A stretch of 64,000 nucleotides of DNA from an uncultured Planctomycetota bacterium (GTDB taxonomy: Bacteria > Planctomycetota > Planctomycetia > Isosphaerales > Isosphaeraceae): NCBI GenBank assembly GCA_963823665.1, contig CAWGMQ010000004.1, forward strand, positions 2,240,001-2,304,000, written 5' to 3'. Both the position numbers and the translations under genes were made by a program. Numbering within the stretch: the first letter of the stretch is position 1; each line of letters begins with the position of its first letter. Shown in pieces: positions 1 to 10,216 of the stretch. The notes under the pieces are model-generated. The model saw only the letters and a program-made list of their open reading frames with translations, was not told the origin of the DNA and searched no databases.

Positions 1-707
1 GAAAGATGCCGGGCCAGCGGAGTGCCCGACTGGCTCCGACTCGCACCAGCCTGGCGGGGTAGCACGAGAAAGATCAACCCTCCCAGGGCGAGCGTGGTGA
101 CCATGACCCTGACGGTTGCAGCCACATAGGGTATATCAAACAGGCCCCGATAAGGATCAACGACGGGAACATGGAACTCTCGGCGCACGGGTTGCCATAG
201 CGTACCGCCTGAGATGGTTTTACCCGAGAACCGAAGGGCTTCACGCTGCAAAAAGAACTGGCCGAGCACCCAGATGGCAAGCATGGCCCACAGGAAGAGC
301 CAAGTGCCGACCTGGTCGCTCTGGTTCACGACCGATCCGATCAATACCTGCATGAGTCCGAGCAAAAAAAGGAACCAGTCGTCTTCGGCCGTTTTGGGAA
401 GGAAATACTTGATGAGTTGGAGATACACCAGCCAGTGGGCAAGTGCGGGGATCCGCTGTGCCTCATCGAGCCTGTACTCAAAGTAGAGAACGCCCAGTGT
501 TCCCAGGGCAAGGATGTTGGCTAATTGGCGCGGCAACACCAGCATTTGTTTTCTATCGACGGCATAAAAGGCGACGGCCCCGGCAACCGCAACAACCACG
601 GCCAGGAGCTTGGCGAACTGCCCGTCCGGGGAATCTCCGCCGAGCGCCATTGTGGCGACGAAGAGCATCAGGTAGAAGCTTCCTCGGTAAACCAGGTAGC
701 TGTTCAC
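1..707 (-). CDS. Partial (N-terminal part of) DUF3488/transglutaminase-like TgpA-type membrane protein; runs off the window start
   Basis: Not in the ORF track; translated by hand from GTG at 707, which overlaps the DUF58 stop: MNSYLVYRGSFYLMLFVATMALGG...HWLVYLQLIKYFLPKTAEDDWFLFLLGLMQVLIG...LGGLIFLVLPR...RHL, open to the edge. Multi-TM; third gene of the usual MoxR-DUF58-TGase triad. Confidence 0.8.
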   Translation of the reverse strand, partial: MNSYLVYRGSFYLMLFVATMALGGDSPDGQFAKLLAVVVAVAGAVAFYAVDRKQMLVLPRQLANILALGTLGVLYFEYRLDEAQRIPALAHWLVYLQLIKYFLPKTAEDDWFLFLLGLMQVLIGSVVNQSDQVGTWLFLWAMLAIWVLGQFFLQREALRFSGKTISGGTLWQPVRREFHVPVVDPYRGLFDIPYVAATVRVMVTTLALGGLIFLVLPRQAGASRSQSGTPLARHL

Positions 708-2122
708 GGCTGGTTATCTCCGTCGTCGAAGGTCGCCAGCGATGTCTCCGGCCCGCCATCGCCGCCGCTTAAACCGCGGCGGCGCTCAACCTCACTCGAG
801 CGTCGATCCTTGATCGCACTGCTCTGGCGCTGCTGGAGAAGGTCACGGGCGGTGTCATCGTCAAACTGAAAGAGCGAGGAGAGATCACCCTGCGTCGCAT
901 TCAGCATCATCACCCGGCTGAGCAGGCCCCGGGCCGATGTGCCCGAAAACCGTGACGATCGCTCTGCCTCTTCGATCAGATTGATCGGACGAGTGGAAAC
1001 AATCACCAGAAGTGCTTCACGTAGCGCTGCCGGCGGCATGATGTCGAATAACGCAGCCAAGCCTCCTTCGTTTACTGGCGCCATCATCGCAAGCTGTTCA
1101 AGAAGCTCGTGCAATAGCTTGACCGACGCGGGTCCTTGCCGCATACCCGGGGGAGCCCCGGTCCACCCAAGAATGATCCGTCGTCCCTGATGTCGGGCGG
1201 TCTCGATGCACAGCGTGGCTGCAAATGAGATTGCCTGCTCGATAGTTTCCCTCTGCTCCCCGGTCGCACGGCCGCGAGGCAGCCATGGATCGATCAGGAT
1301 GGCCAGGTCCTGCTCATTCTGATGCTCAAACTCCTTGACCATGAGCTCACCCCGGCGTGCTGACGTTCGCCAGTGGATCCACCGTGGGCTGTCTCCCGCA
1401 TGGTAACTGCGCAGACCGTGATACTCCACCTGCTGTGCCGAACGATCGTGGCGTTGACCCTGTCGGTTCTCCGTCGCGGGGCGCTGGATTTGATACCAGC
1501 GACGAGTCAGGTGCCCGATCCTGGGGTAGACGATCATCTGTTCTTCAATCCCGATCGTCACACGATGCTCGACCAGTCCAAACGGTGCGCGGGTTCCCAG
1601 ATCAAGGTCCCGAAGCCGATACTTCCCCCGGACCGGACTCTTGTACTGCCAGCGCAGGTGAAGGCGATCGTGACTGGCGATCCGCGCGAAGAACACGCTC
1701 GGTGTGAGACTGGTCGCCTCCGTAGACGAGGAATCAACCGGCACCAGACAGTCCTCCAGGAAAACTGCCAGGCTGGCAAACCACCGCCGGCCGTTTTCCA
1801 CCGTGTAATCAATAACCAGGCGCTCTCCGGAAAAGACGTACGTAGGCAGCCGGCGGTGCACGCTGAGCCGGTTCAGCATGGCGCGCCCACCGAAGATCGA
1901 CGCCAGAAACGGACCGGCAGAGAGAGTAAATACGAGCAAGATGAGATTCACCTGGTGCAGCAGTCCAGCGGCCAGCAGCCCGACTGCCACCCAGAAATAG
2001 ATGAAACCCTCCCGGGTCAGGATCTGTCGCTGGCTCGGCCAGAGCGCACCGATGAGCCCGCGTCCAATCCGGCTCATCCGGCCCTCTGCTCGACGCGACC
2101 GAGGCTTCTCGTCGCCGCTCAT
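704..2122 (-). CDS. DUF58 domain protein (MoxR-associated)
   Basis: N-terminal TM segments; PFGL and EYHGLRSYHAGDSPRWIHWRTSARRGELMVKEFE motifs; downstream of MoxR. Confidence 0.9.
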   Translation of the reverse strand: MSGDEKPRSRRAEGRMSRIGRGLIGALWPSQRQILTREGFIYFWVAVGLLAAGLLHQVNLILLVFTLSAGPFLASIFGGRAMLNRLSVHRRLPTYVFSGERLVIDYTVENGRRWFASLAVFLEDCLVPVDSSSTEATSLTPSVFFARIASHDRLHLRWQYKSPVRGKYRLRDLDLGTRAPFGLVEHRVTIGIEEQMIVYPRIGHLTRRWYQIQRPATENRQGQRHDRSAQQVEYHGLRSYHAGDSPRWIHWRTSARRGELMVKEFEHQNEQDLAILIDPWLPRGRATGEQRETIEQAISFAATLCIETARHQGRRIILGWTGAPPGMRQGPASVKLLHELLEQLAMMAPVNEGGLAALFDIMPPAALREALLVIVSTRPINLIEEAERSSRFSGTSARGLLSRVMMLNATQGDLSSLFQFDDDTARDLLQQRQSSAIKDRRSSEVERRRGLSGGDGGPETSLATFDDGDNQP

Positions 2123-2180
2123 CTCAGGCCTCTTCTATTCCGGGCAAAGTGTCCCCACCGCTCTCGGCCGTTACGACCAA

Positions 2181-3158
2181 TCAAGACGGCACTCGGATGC
2201 GGTCGACAATGTCCCGGATGATTGCCTCGGAAGCTCCAAACTCCCCTGCTTGCAGAAATGACTTCCCTACCACTCGGTGCGACAGCACGTTGACCGCAAG
2301 CATCTTGATATCGTCCGGAATCACGTATCCACGGCCGGAAACGAGCGCAAGGCTCTGTGCCGCTCGGTATAGCGTCAAGGCCCCGCGCGTGCTGACGCCT
2401 ACATGGAGATCCTCACTACGACGGGTTGCATGCACGATATCAAGCAAATAGTCGGTAATGGAATCCTCAACCTGAATCGCGCGCACACCCCGCTGAAGCA
2501 GAAGCACGTCGTTTGTGCTCAAGACCGCACCCAAGCTATCAACTGGTTCTCCTTCACGGTGGCTAGCGACAACCCGGCGCTCTTCCGCGCGCACCGGATA
2601 GCCCATCCGCAGCCGGAGCATGAATCGGTCGAGCTGGCTCTCAGGCAAAACATAGGTCCCCTCAAACTCATATGGATTCTGCGTCGCCAGTACGATGAAA
2701 GGTGGTATGAGCGGATACGTATGCCCTTCGATCGACGCCTGTCGGTCGCTCATGGCCTCAAGAAGTGCGCTCTGGGTTCGAGGAGTTGTGCGGTTGATCT
2801 CGTCAGCCAGGATCACGTTCGCAAAAAGCGGACCGGGCTTGAAGACGAATTCACCCGACGGAGCATGGTAGATACTCGATCCCAGCACGTCCGAAGGGAG
2901 CAAGTCGGGCGTGAACTGAATTCGCCGGAAGGAACAATCAAGACTGGCAGCAATTGCCCGCGCGAGCAGGGTCTTCCCCACTCCGGGGACGTCTTCGATC
3001 AGGATGTGCCCTTCCGCGAGCAATGCAACCACGGCGAGCCGGATCGCCTCGGATTTACCAAGTACAACAAGTGCGATATTTTCGATCAGCCGATTCGAGA
3101 GAGATACAAGTTCATCGAGATCAGAGGCCGTCGGTTCAGTAATCTGAGTAGAATTCAT
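2181..3158 (-). CDS. moxR: MoxR-family AAA+ ATPase
   Basis: EDVPGVGKT Walker A, RIQFTPDLLPSD, LADEINRTTPRTQSALLEAM, ATQNP, LPESQLDRF. Confidence 0.95.
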   Translation of the reverse strand: MNSTQITEPTASDLDELVSLSNRLIENIALVVLGKSEAIRLAVVALLAEGHILIEDVPGVGKTLLARAIAASLDCSFRRIQFTPDLLPSDVLGSSIYHAPSGEFVFKPGPLFANVILADEINRTTPRTQSALLEAMSDRQASIEGHTYPLIPPFIVLATQNPYEFEGTYVLPESQLDRFMLRLRMGYPVRAEERRVVASHREGEPVDSLGAVLSTNDVLLLQRGVRAIQVEDSITDYLLDIVHATRRSEDLHVGVSTRGALTLYRAAQSLALVSGRGYVIPDDIKMLAVNVLSHRVVGKSFLQAGEFGASEAIIRDIVDRIRVPS

Positions 3159-3351
3159 GCGGTCGGCTCAGCGTCCTATTCCTTGCATCCGGCTGGACTG
3201 TGCTTCGTTGCGTTCATGACAGTATAAACCATCGACTGACCGATTCCAACGGCTGGATCGATGGGCCATCACGTTCAGGAACGGGTAAAGCAGGATGGGC
3301 CCGAACCTGACGAGCAAGTGATTTCCGACCTGACGGCGATGGATACAACCC

Positions 3352-4419
3352 ATGTCGGAGGACACGCGGCTGCTGATTCTCGATGGCCGTCCGCCCGGCG
3401 ATGACAGTGCAGGGCCGTTACCCCCCCTGCTCGATCGACTCGAGCACCGTGGTTTTCAGATCCAGGTGCTGTGTGCGTCAAAAGCGGAAGACATCTCGCG
3501 CGACCCGCGAGCTCTGGAAGCACAGTTTCTCAAGAAACGCATTCTGCGATTCTTCGCAGGACGGCTGATCTGGTCAGACTCCCGGCTCGACCGCCCAGAC
3601 CTACTACACGCGCTTGACGACCGGATGGTCGACTTGGTCCTCTCCTTATCCGAGAAAGGGCAGATTCCCTACGTTCAAACAGTAGCTGGCTTTACAACCG
3701 TTGAACGTGGTCTCAAGCTAAGCCGTACGTGGTGTCGTCGCCTGATTGCCACCGGATCAGATTTGGCCGACGAGCTTGAACATGGGCTTGGCATCCCGCG
3801 CGATTGGATCGCCCTCATTCCCCATGGAGTCGTGGCCAGTCCGCGTTCTTCTTCCCAAATGCCTGCAGGCGCTACGATTCCGGTGATCGGCACCGGAGGA
3901 CCTCAAGAGGAGGGTCCGGGGCTACTGGTCTTCACCGAGGCGGCCAGGCTAGTCATCGGTGCCGGATATGATGTCGAATTCGTGATCGCCTGTGCTGCTC
4001 GCGAACAAACTACAATACGCTATCTGGCCAAGCAGCTCGGGATCGCAGAACGAGTAACAGTAACTGATTATCCAATCGCCGGCCCTGATTTCTGGTCTGT
4101 GCTGGATATTTACTGCCAGCCTGCAGTAAGTCCAAACGCGGGCCGCATGCTTACCCTGGCACTGGCCCGTGCACTTCCATGCATCGCTACGGACGTGAAG
4201 GGCCTTCGCACCTTGATCGAACACACCAAAGACGGTCTTCTTGTTCCTGCCGCAGACCCGGTTGCGCTCAAGGCTGCGATCACGACAGTCCTTGATGATC
4301 CCTCTTTCGCCCGCCGCCTTGGCGAGACGGCGTCTGAGCGCATACGCCAGCAATTCGACCTGGATTTCGAGGCCGACAGGCTGGCAGCACTCTATCGCGA
4401 GGTCATCAGCAGGCAATAA
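3352..4419 (+). CDS. GT-B/GT4-like glycosyltransferase with degenerate donor-binding motifs
   Basis: IPHGV, DIYCQP, PCIATDVKG, DGLLVP..DPVAL pattern; lacks the E-x7-E motif. Confidence 0.75.
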   Translation: MSEDTRLLILDGRPPGDDSAGPLPPLLDRLEHRGFQIQVLCASKAEDISRDPRALEAQFLKKRILRFFAGRLIWSDSRLDRPDLLHALDDRMVDLVLSLSEKGQIPYVQTVAGFTTVERGLKLSRTWCRRLIATGSDLADELEHGLGIPRDWIALIPHGVVASPRSSSQMPAGATIPVIGTGGPQEEGPGLLVFTEAARLVIGAGYDVEFVIACAAREQTTIRYLAKQLGIAERVTVTDYPIAGPDFWSVLDIYCQPAVSPNAGRMLTLALARALPCIATDVKGLRTLIEHTKDGLLVPAADPVALKAAITTVLDDPSFARRLGETASERIRQQFDLDFEADRLAALYREVISRQ

Positions 4420-4491
4420 GGTGTCCAGCAATCGCGATCGCCGCAACCTCTTTGATAGGTGTGAAGGTCAGCTCGCATCGAGGAAAACGCC

Positions 4492-5913
4492 ATGAATCTA
4501 TCGAGCATGATCAACGGCGAGCGCTTCACTTTCGCTGATCTTCGCGAAGTTTTTGCCAAGGCCAACGAGGAAAAAGCCGGTGATCAGCTTGCAATGATCG
4601 CCGCGCGGACGGAGCGCGAGCGCATCGCAGCCAAGTCTGTTTTGGCCGATTTGACCCTCCAGGAGATTGTGGAGCACCCGCTCATCGATCCCACGGTGGA
4701 TGAAGTCAGCCAGCTCATCCTTGAATCACACGATCAAGCCACGTTCGAGACGCTGCGCCGCTTTACTGTCGGTGAGTTCCGAGAATGGATTCTCGATGAC
4801 GCGACGACCGGCCCCATACTCGAAACAGCAGCCAGTGGGCTCACACCGGAAATCGTTGCGGCTGTGACCAAACTCATGAGCAACAAAGACCTCGTGCTCG
4901 GCGCGAATAAGATCCGCATTGTGAGCCGTTGTCGCAATACGCTGGGAGAGCGCGGTGTGCTGGGCATACGTATTCAACCCAATCATCCCAGCGATGACAT
5001 CACCGGAATTCTGCTTTCCACCGTCGATGGCTTGTTGTTCGGATGCGGCGACGCGGTGATCGGCGTGAATCCCGCGGCGGAATCCATAGAAGTCACGAGC
5101 GCAATCCTCCTTGCGATCCACGACCTGATCGAGGCACTTTCCATCCCGACCCAGTCCTGTTGTCTCTCGCACATCACAACACAGCTTGCTTGCCTCAAGC
5201 GCGGAGTGCCGATTGATCTGCTGTTCCAATCAGTCGCTGGCACCGAGGCGGCCAATTCAAGTTTTGGCGTTTCTCTCGCACTCTTGCGCGAGGGTCAGGA
5301 ACGTGTGCTCGAGCAGCACGGTCATCGTGATGTCTCGTGGGCCGGTAAGAATGTAATGTACTTCGAGACTGGTCAGGGAAGTGCACTCTCCGCCGTTGCC
5401 CATCACGACGTTGACCAGCTTACGCTCGAGGCTCGGGCTTATGGTGTCGCTCGGGCCTTTGCACCGTTTCTGGTCAACAGCGTGGTCGGTTTCATCGGTC
5501 CGGAATATCTGTTCGATGAACGGCAGATTATCCGTGCGGGACTGGAGGACCACTTCATGGGGAAGATGCTCGGTTTACCCATGGGCGTTGACGTCTGCTA
5601 CACCAACCACGCCCAGGCCGACCAGAACTCAGCAGACAATTTGCTCATGCTCTTGGCGGCGGCAGGGTGCAACTATGTGATGGGCGTGCCCTGTTCCGAC
5701 GATGTGATGCTCAACTACCAGTCGACCAGCTTTCATGATGCTCTGGCAATTCGCCGTTTGTTCGGCTTGAAGCCGGCACCGGAGTTCGCATCCTGGCTGG
5801 AATCGCGGCAATTACCCGCCGGTCAGAATTCACTCGAGTTCCACCATGCAGCGACAGGCCAGGTCCTCGAGCTGGTAGGCACAGTGATTGCGCAGTCCGA
5901 GAGAGGTGCTTGA
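4492..5913 (+). CDS. eutB: Ethanolamine ammonia-lyase large subunit
   Basis: RIQPNHPSDD, GDAVIGVNPA, YFETGQGSALS, VVGFIGPEYL, GLEDHFMGK, DVCYTNH, MLNYQSTSFHD. Confidence 0.95.
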   Translation: MNLSSMINGERFTFADLREVFAKANEEKAGDQLAMIAARTERERIAAKSVLADLTLQEIVEHPLIDPTVDEVSQLILESHDQATFETLRRFTVGEFREWILDDATTGPILETAASGLTPEIVAAVTKLMSNKDLVLGANKIRIVSRCRNTLGERGVLGIRIQPNHPSDDITGILLSTVDGLLFGCGDAVIGVNPAAESIEVTSAILLAIHDLIEALSIPTQSCCLSHITTQLACLKRGVPIDLLFQSVAGTEAANSSFGVSLALLREGQERVLEQHGHRDVSWAGKNVMYFETGQGSALSAVAHHDVDQLTLEARAYGVARAFAPFLVNSVVGFIGPEYLFDERQIIRAGLEDHFMGKMLGLPMGVDVCYTNHAQADQNSADNLLMLLAAAGCNYVMGVPCSDDVMLNYQSTSFHDALAIRRLFGLKPAPEFASWLESRQLPAGQNSLEFHHAATGQVLELVGTVIAQSERGA

Positions 5914-7414
5914 TGCCCGATGATCGCAGTACGCACCCACCAGAGCCTGATTCGAACGATGACGTTCGAAGGCTGCGTGAGATGGGTTATTCCCAGGAGC
6001 TGGCGCGGCGATTGGGAACGTTCTCGAATTTCGCGTTATCGTTCTCGATCATCTGCATACTGGCAGGAGGGGTCACGTCGTTTCACCTGGGATTTTGCAG
6101 CGTCGGCGGAGCATCGATCGGAATCGGCTGGCCCCTGGTAGTCTTGTTTGCGCTGGCGGTCGCCGCCACTATGGGGCAGCTTGCCTCGGCATTTCCCACC
6201 GCCGGCGGTCTTTATCACTGGGCTGCCCTTCTCGGTGGCCGCGGGTGGGGGTGGGTCACGGCGTGGCTTAACCTTGCTGGGCTCGTCACGGTGCTTGCCG
6301 CGATCAACGTCGGAACCTACCGCTTTGCAATCGGATCATTATTTTCCCAGGGGCTCTCCAGCCAGCTTGATCTGCCGGCACAGGCGCTTGGAGTGGTCTT
6401 GATCACGGCCACACAAGCGATGATCAACCACCTTGGAATCGCCGTGACGGCTCGCCTGACCGATTTCAGTGGATACTGGATTCTGCTGGTCAGTGCGGTA
6501 CTCACCACGAGTCTGCTGGCGTTTGCGCCTGGGCTGGATTTTTCACGACTGGTAACGTTTGAGAACTTTAGCGGCGCAGCCGGCGGCAATGTCTGGCCGG
6601 CTGCCCTCGGCATGGAGCTGCTCTTTGCTCAGGGACTTCTCTTGCCTGCGTACACGATCACCGGTTTCGATGCCTCAGCCCACGCCGCTGAAGAAACCAT
6701 CCGCGCTGCTCACAACGTCCCACGGGGGATTCTGCGATCGGTTCTGGTCTCTGGAGTGGCCGGCTGGGTCTTGCTGGGAGTAGTCGTGCTGGCCGCACCG
6801 GCCATGCCGGAAGCGGCCGCTCGAGGCGAGCAAGCTTTCCTCGGGATCTTGACCGGTGTATTGCCCTGGCCATTGTGGAGGCTTCTGGTCGCGGCGATTG
6901 TCATCGCCCAGTACCTGTGCGGTCTGGCCACGTTGACTTCAGCGTCAAGAATGGCGTACGCATTCGCACGTGACGGTGGCCTTCCCTGGTCACGGGCCCT
7001 CCGATGGATCTGTCCGAAGCGGCGTACGCCCCCGGTTGCGATTTGGAGTATTGCGCGGCTTCCGCTGCTTTCACCCTCTATACACCGGTGTATGCGACTA
7101 TCACGGTGGTTTGCACAATCTTCCTCTATCTCTCGTATGTCGTACCGTGTGCCCTCGGAGCACGTGCCCATGGAAGAAGCTGGACCATCATGGGCCCGTG
7201 GGATCTCGGCGTCTGGTACCGGCCCTTGGCAATCGTGAGTACCGTGGGTTGCGCCGGTTTGATCGTGATTGGAATGCAGCCGCCGAATCAGAAATCAATC
7301 TGGGTCGTTGGCGGCTGTGGGCTTGTGCTGGCGATCCTTTGGTTCACACTCGAGCGACATCGTTTCCAGACCCCGCTGCTTGCGAGACTTGATTCAACAG
7401 CCCGTGATGATTGA
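5913..7414 (+). CDS. APC-family amino acid/amine permease; 1-nt frameshift near 7055
   Basis: MGYSQELARRL..FSNFALSFSII, SAFPTAGGLYHWA, GFDASAHAAEET, SRMAYAFARDGGLP. The last TMs (AASAAFTLYTPVYATITVV...GPWDLG) are in ORF 7004..7414. Confidence 0.85.
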
Positions 7415-7425
7415 TCCAGATCGAA

Positions 7426-7680
7426 TCAAGCCATTGCCACCGCTTCAATCTCGGTTGCTCTCGGCCCTGGCGGGAGCATGATGGACACCATCGGAGCATC
7501 CTCGAGCGTTGTGTACGCATGAATTCCATAGCGCAGGGCCAGAATTGGCCCGGGGCTGCTCACGATAATGCCACGCCGGTGGTATGCCAGCCGGTAAACC
7601 AGCCCGCCCCAGATTCCAATCACGAAGGTGCCAAGCCGGAAAATCAGGCCGCGGGGACCGAGAGGGACATAGAACGCCAC
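7426..7680 (-). CDS. Small hypothetical membrane protein
   Basis: 84-aa ORF with a hydrophobic N-terminal segment and a GAGGA RBS-like sequence; overlaps the end of the nitrilase gene; fills the gap between genes. Confidence 0.45.
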   Translation of the reverse strand: MAFYVPLGPRGLIFRLGTFVIGIWGGLVYRLAYHRRGIIVSSPGPILALRYGIHAYTTLEDAPMVSIMLPPGPRATEIEAVAMA

Positions 7681-8480
7681 GATTTCAATCCTCGCTGGTG
7701 ATGGAGGGTAATGGGAGCAATGAGGAGCGCCGGCTCACGATCGGCTCGTACCGGCACACCGTGCCGGCCGTCACAAATACTGCTCTGACCGGAGAATCGG
7801 TCCTTGATCTTGGTTCCCAGAACCGGGATGTTCGTGTGTGTCACACCACATTGATTGGCAAAAACCACCGGCACATCGAGATCCATCGCAACCTTGGCCG
7901 GTATAGCGCCGGAAAGCGGACCGACATGTCCCAGCAGCCAGTGTCTCCGCCCTGATTCGCGATCCGCAAAATCGGGCCATGCTGCGGACACCACAGCCAG
8001 ATCAATACGACCGCGATAATCGCTCCAAACTCTGCGGTAGATCATGTCGGCGCAGATGGCGAAACCGACCCGACCCCAGGGAGTTTCAACAACCAGTGGT
8101 GACCGCCCCGGGCAGAATCGAAACCGCTCCCAGAACACCAGGTTCCGCTTTCGGTAAATCTGCAAGTTTCCGTCAGGGCTACAAAAAACCAGTGAATCGT
8201 AGAGATGCCGCCCTTCACGCTCGACAAATCCCGCTGCGATCGCCATTTGCCACTGACGGCTGCGCTGCCGCAAATGAGCAAGAGTGGGCCCTTCCGCCGT
8301 TTCACTGTAGGGACCGAAGTCCGGGCACAGGCTATAGCCGGTGTTGAATAGCTCCGGCAACACCGCGAGCTCTACGGACGCATCTCGAGCTTGTCGTAAC
8401 AGATCGTCGGCTCGGTCCAGGTTGGCCGAGACGTCGAGTACGTCGGAAAGCATCTGGACTGCGGCCACGATAATCTTCAC
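7644..8480 (-). CDS. Carbon-nitrogen hydrolase (nitrilase superfamily)
   Basis: Catalytic Glu-Lys-Cys triad: LPELFNTGY, YRKRNL, AICADM. Confidence 0.9.
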   Translation of the reverse strand: MKIIVAAVQMLSDVLDVSANLDRADDLLRQARDASVELAVLPELFNTGYSLCPDFGPYSETAEGPTLAHLRQRSRQWQMAIAAGFVEREGRHLYDSLVFCSPDGNLQIYRKRNLVFWERFRFCPGRSPLVVETPWGRVGFAICADMIYRRVWSDYRGRIDLAVVSAAWPDFADRESGRRHWLLGHVGPLSGAIPAKVAMDLDVPVVFANQCGVTHTNIPVLGTKIKDRFSGQSSICDGRHGVPVRADREPALLIAPITLHHQRGLKSWRSMSLSVPAA

Positions 8481-8581
8481 GGCCGTTCACCCCGTTCGGA
8501 CGTCCGTATCCCAACTAGCTTCCTTCCCAATCGGCTCAGCAGACGTCTTTTGTCCATCCAACTTTCAGTCAGTAGCGCCGC

Positions 8582-9058
8582 TCAGTCAGTAAAACCGAAG
8601 AATCCCAGAATTCCACCACGCCGCGGCTTCGGTAGGATGCGAGCCTCGCTTCTCAAGCTCTCTGCACGGTCGCGAAGTTCCCCTTGCGGCGTCATTTTGA
8701 ACGGCTCTAGCTTGTACGTGAATTCCCGCTCATCACGCAACGACACCGGTACCACGTTCTCCGTGAAGAATTCGGTGATGTAGTTATCCCACCAGGGTGC
8801 TTTGATTGGTTGGATGAGGGTTTTCGTCTGGTAGCCGTCCTTGATCAACGAGATTTTTCGGTCTCCGTAAAACACGAAGCTCTTTGACGCGGGCGAGGGA
8901 CCGATCTCTTCCCCGTTCACGACAACCGTCGCCCCAGGCGGGTCAGTCCGGATCGTGTATCGTCTCTCAACGCACCCTGAAAGCGCACCGATGCCCACAA
9001 ACAACAGAAGCAAAGCCTGTATACGCCCACTTGCGTAGAACTTGCCCATCCCAGGCAC
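8582..9058 (-). CDS. PEGA-domain lipoprotein
   Basis: Lipobox ALSGC, then IRTDPPGATVVVNGEEIGPSP...ISLIKDGYQT. Confidence 0.8.
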   Translation of the reverse strand: MPGMGKFYASGRIQALLLLFVGIGALSGCVERRYTIRTDPPGATVVVNGEEIGPSPASKSFVFYGDRKISLIKDGYQTKTLIQPIKAPWWDNYITEFFTENVVPVSLRDEREFTYKLEPFKMTPQGELRDRAESLRSEARILPKPRRGGILGFFGFTD

Positions 9059-9070
9059 TCCGGGATACCC

Positions 9071-10216
9071 TCAGTTGCCCATTCCGCTTGCAGTGGCATG
9101 AGATCCACCGCTTGTGGAATCAGTGCGAACCAGGTTCCGTGCCGAGTTCGGCAATCTTGCAGAACGCTCGAAGAAGTGAACGGACCCGGACCGCTCCGTT
9201 TGGGCGACCGTGTCTTTCAGTATGGAAGGGGCGGATTCTATCAATGGTCCCGCAGACGGGCAAGCCGGGTTAACTCGATCGAAAGACCAGGGACTGCACA
9301 AGCGATGCTGGCAAGGCCACGCTGAAACCCGCACAGTAGCATCCTGCATAAGCCAGTCGCCCCATTGTTCCCGCCCATCCAGTTGCAAGGTTGCGCCGTG
9401 AACCGGCGCCGGCGCGATCGAGCGGACCTTACCGGTATCCTTGAGCCAGCGTTCCTGAAACACCCGCCGTGCCGTGTTTTCAACCCGGCGCATGAACGAC
9501 AGGTTCAAGATCGCCCCGGAAATGGCTCCGATGCCTGGAATCCCATCGAAGACCTCCAGTAGGAACAGAATCGACATGATCTCCTCGGCCAAGATCTCTT
9601 GCTGGGTCTCTTCGATGAGCAGCTCTTCAAGTTCATGAAGGTCGTCAAGCCGCTGTTTTCTCAACTCGGATGTTTCCGAAATCGCCGTGATTAGCAATCC
9701 CAGAATAAAATGCCGATCTCGCCGCTGATCGAGCGGATAACCGTAGCAATGTCCAATTTTAAGAATCGTCCAGAGCGATAAAACGAAAAGAAGCGGAATA
9801 TCGATCAGCGTGGTCAAGGCACCGCCTGTTCCGGTCACGGCTCCCTGAACCGTCGAAAAAACCTGAGAGAATATCCCCGTCTGTAGGGCCAAACGGTCGC
9901 AATCCTCGAGCTGCTTCTTCTGGAGATCGCTCAGGTCATTAACACCCCCTCGACGTTTGATCTCCTCTTGCCCCGCAAGCAGAACGGCCAGTTCAAATGA
10001 CCGCTCGATTGCAAACCGGACGGCCACATCTGGGATGATCTTCTCGACAAGCTTGGCCGTCGGTAGCGTCACGCGATCAAGGATCTCGCTCAGCGGGTTG
10101 GGCGGCCGGGACTTCCAGGCCGCGATCTGAGCAATTTGATCAGACTGATAGGCTGTCAATTGGACACGTGCCGGTGCTCTCGATTTCGCCCGAGCAGCTT
10201 TGATCTGGGCGGCCAT
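9071..10216 (-). CDS. EcsC-family protein (C-terminus possibly frameshifted)
   Basis: QGAVTGTGGALTTLIDIP, IGHCYGY, IPGIGAISGAILN..F...ARRVFQERWL; start set at ATG 10216. Confidence 0.75.
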   Translation of the reverse strand: MAAQIKAARAKSRAPARVQLTAYQSDQIAQIAAWKSRPPNPLSEILDRVTLPTAKLVEKIIPDVAVRFAIERSFELAVLLAGQEEIKRRGGVNDLSDLQKKQLEDCDRLALQTGIFSQVFSTVQGAVTGTGGALTTLIDIPLLFVLSLWTILKIGHCYGYPLDQRRDRHFILGLLITAISETSELRKQRLDDLHELEELLIEETQQEILAEEIMSILFLLEVFDGIPGIGAISGAILNLSFMRRVENTARRVFQERWLKDTGKVRSIAPAPVHGATLQLDGREQWGDWLMQDATVRVSAWPCQHRLCSPWSFDRVNPACPSAGPLIESAPSILKDTVAQTERSGSVHFFERSARLPNSARNLVRTDSTSGGSHATASGMGN

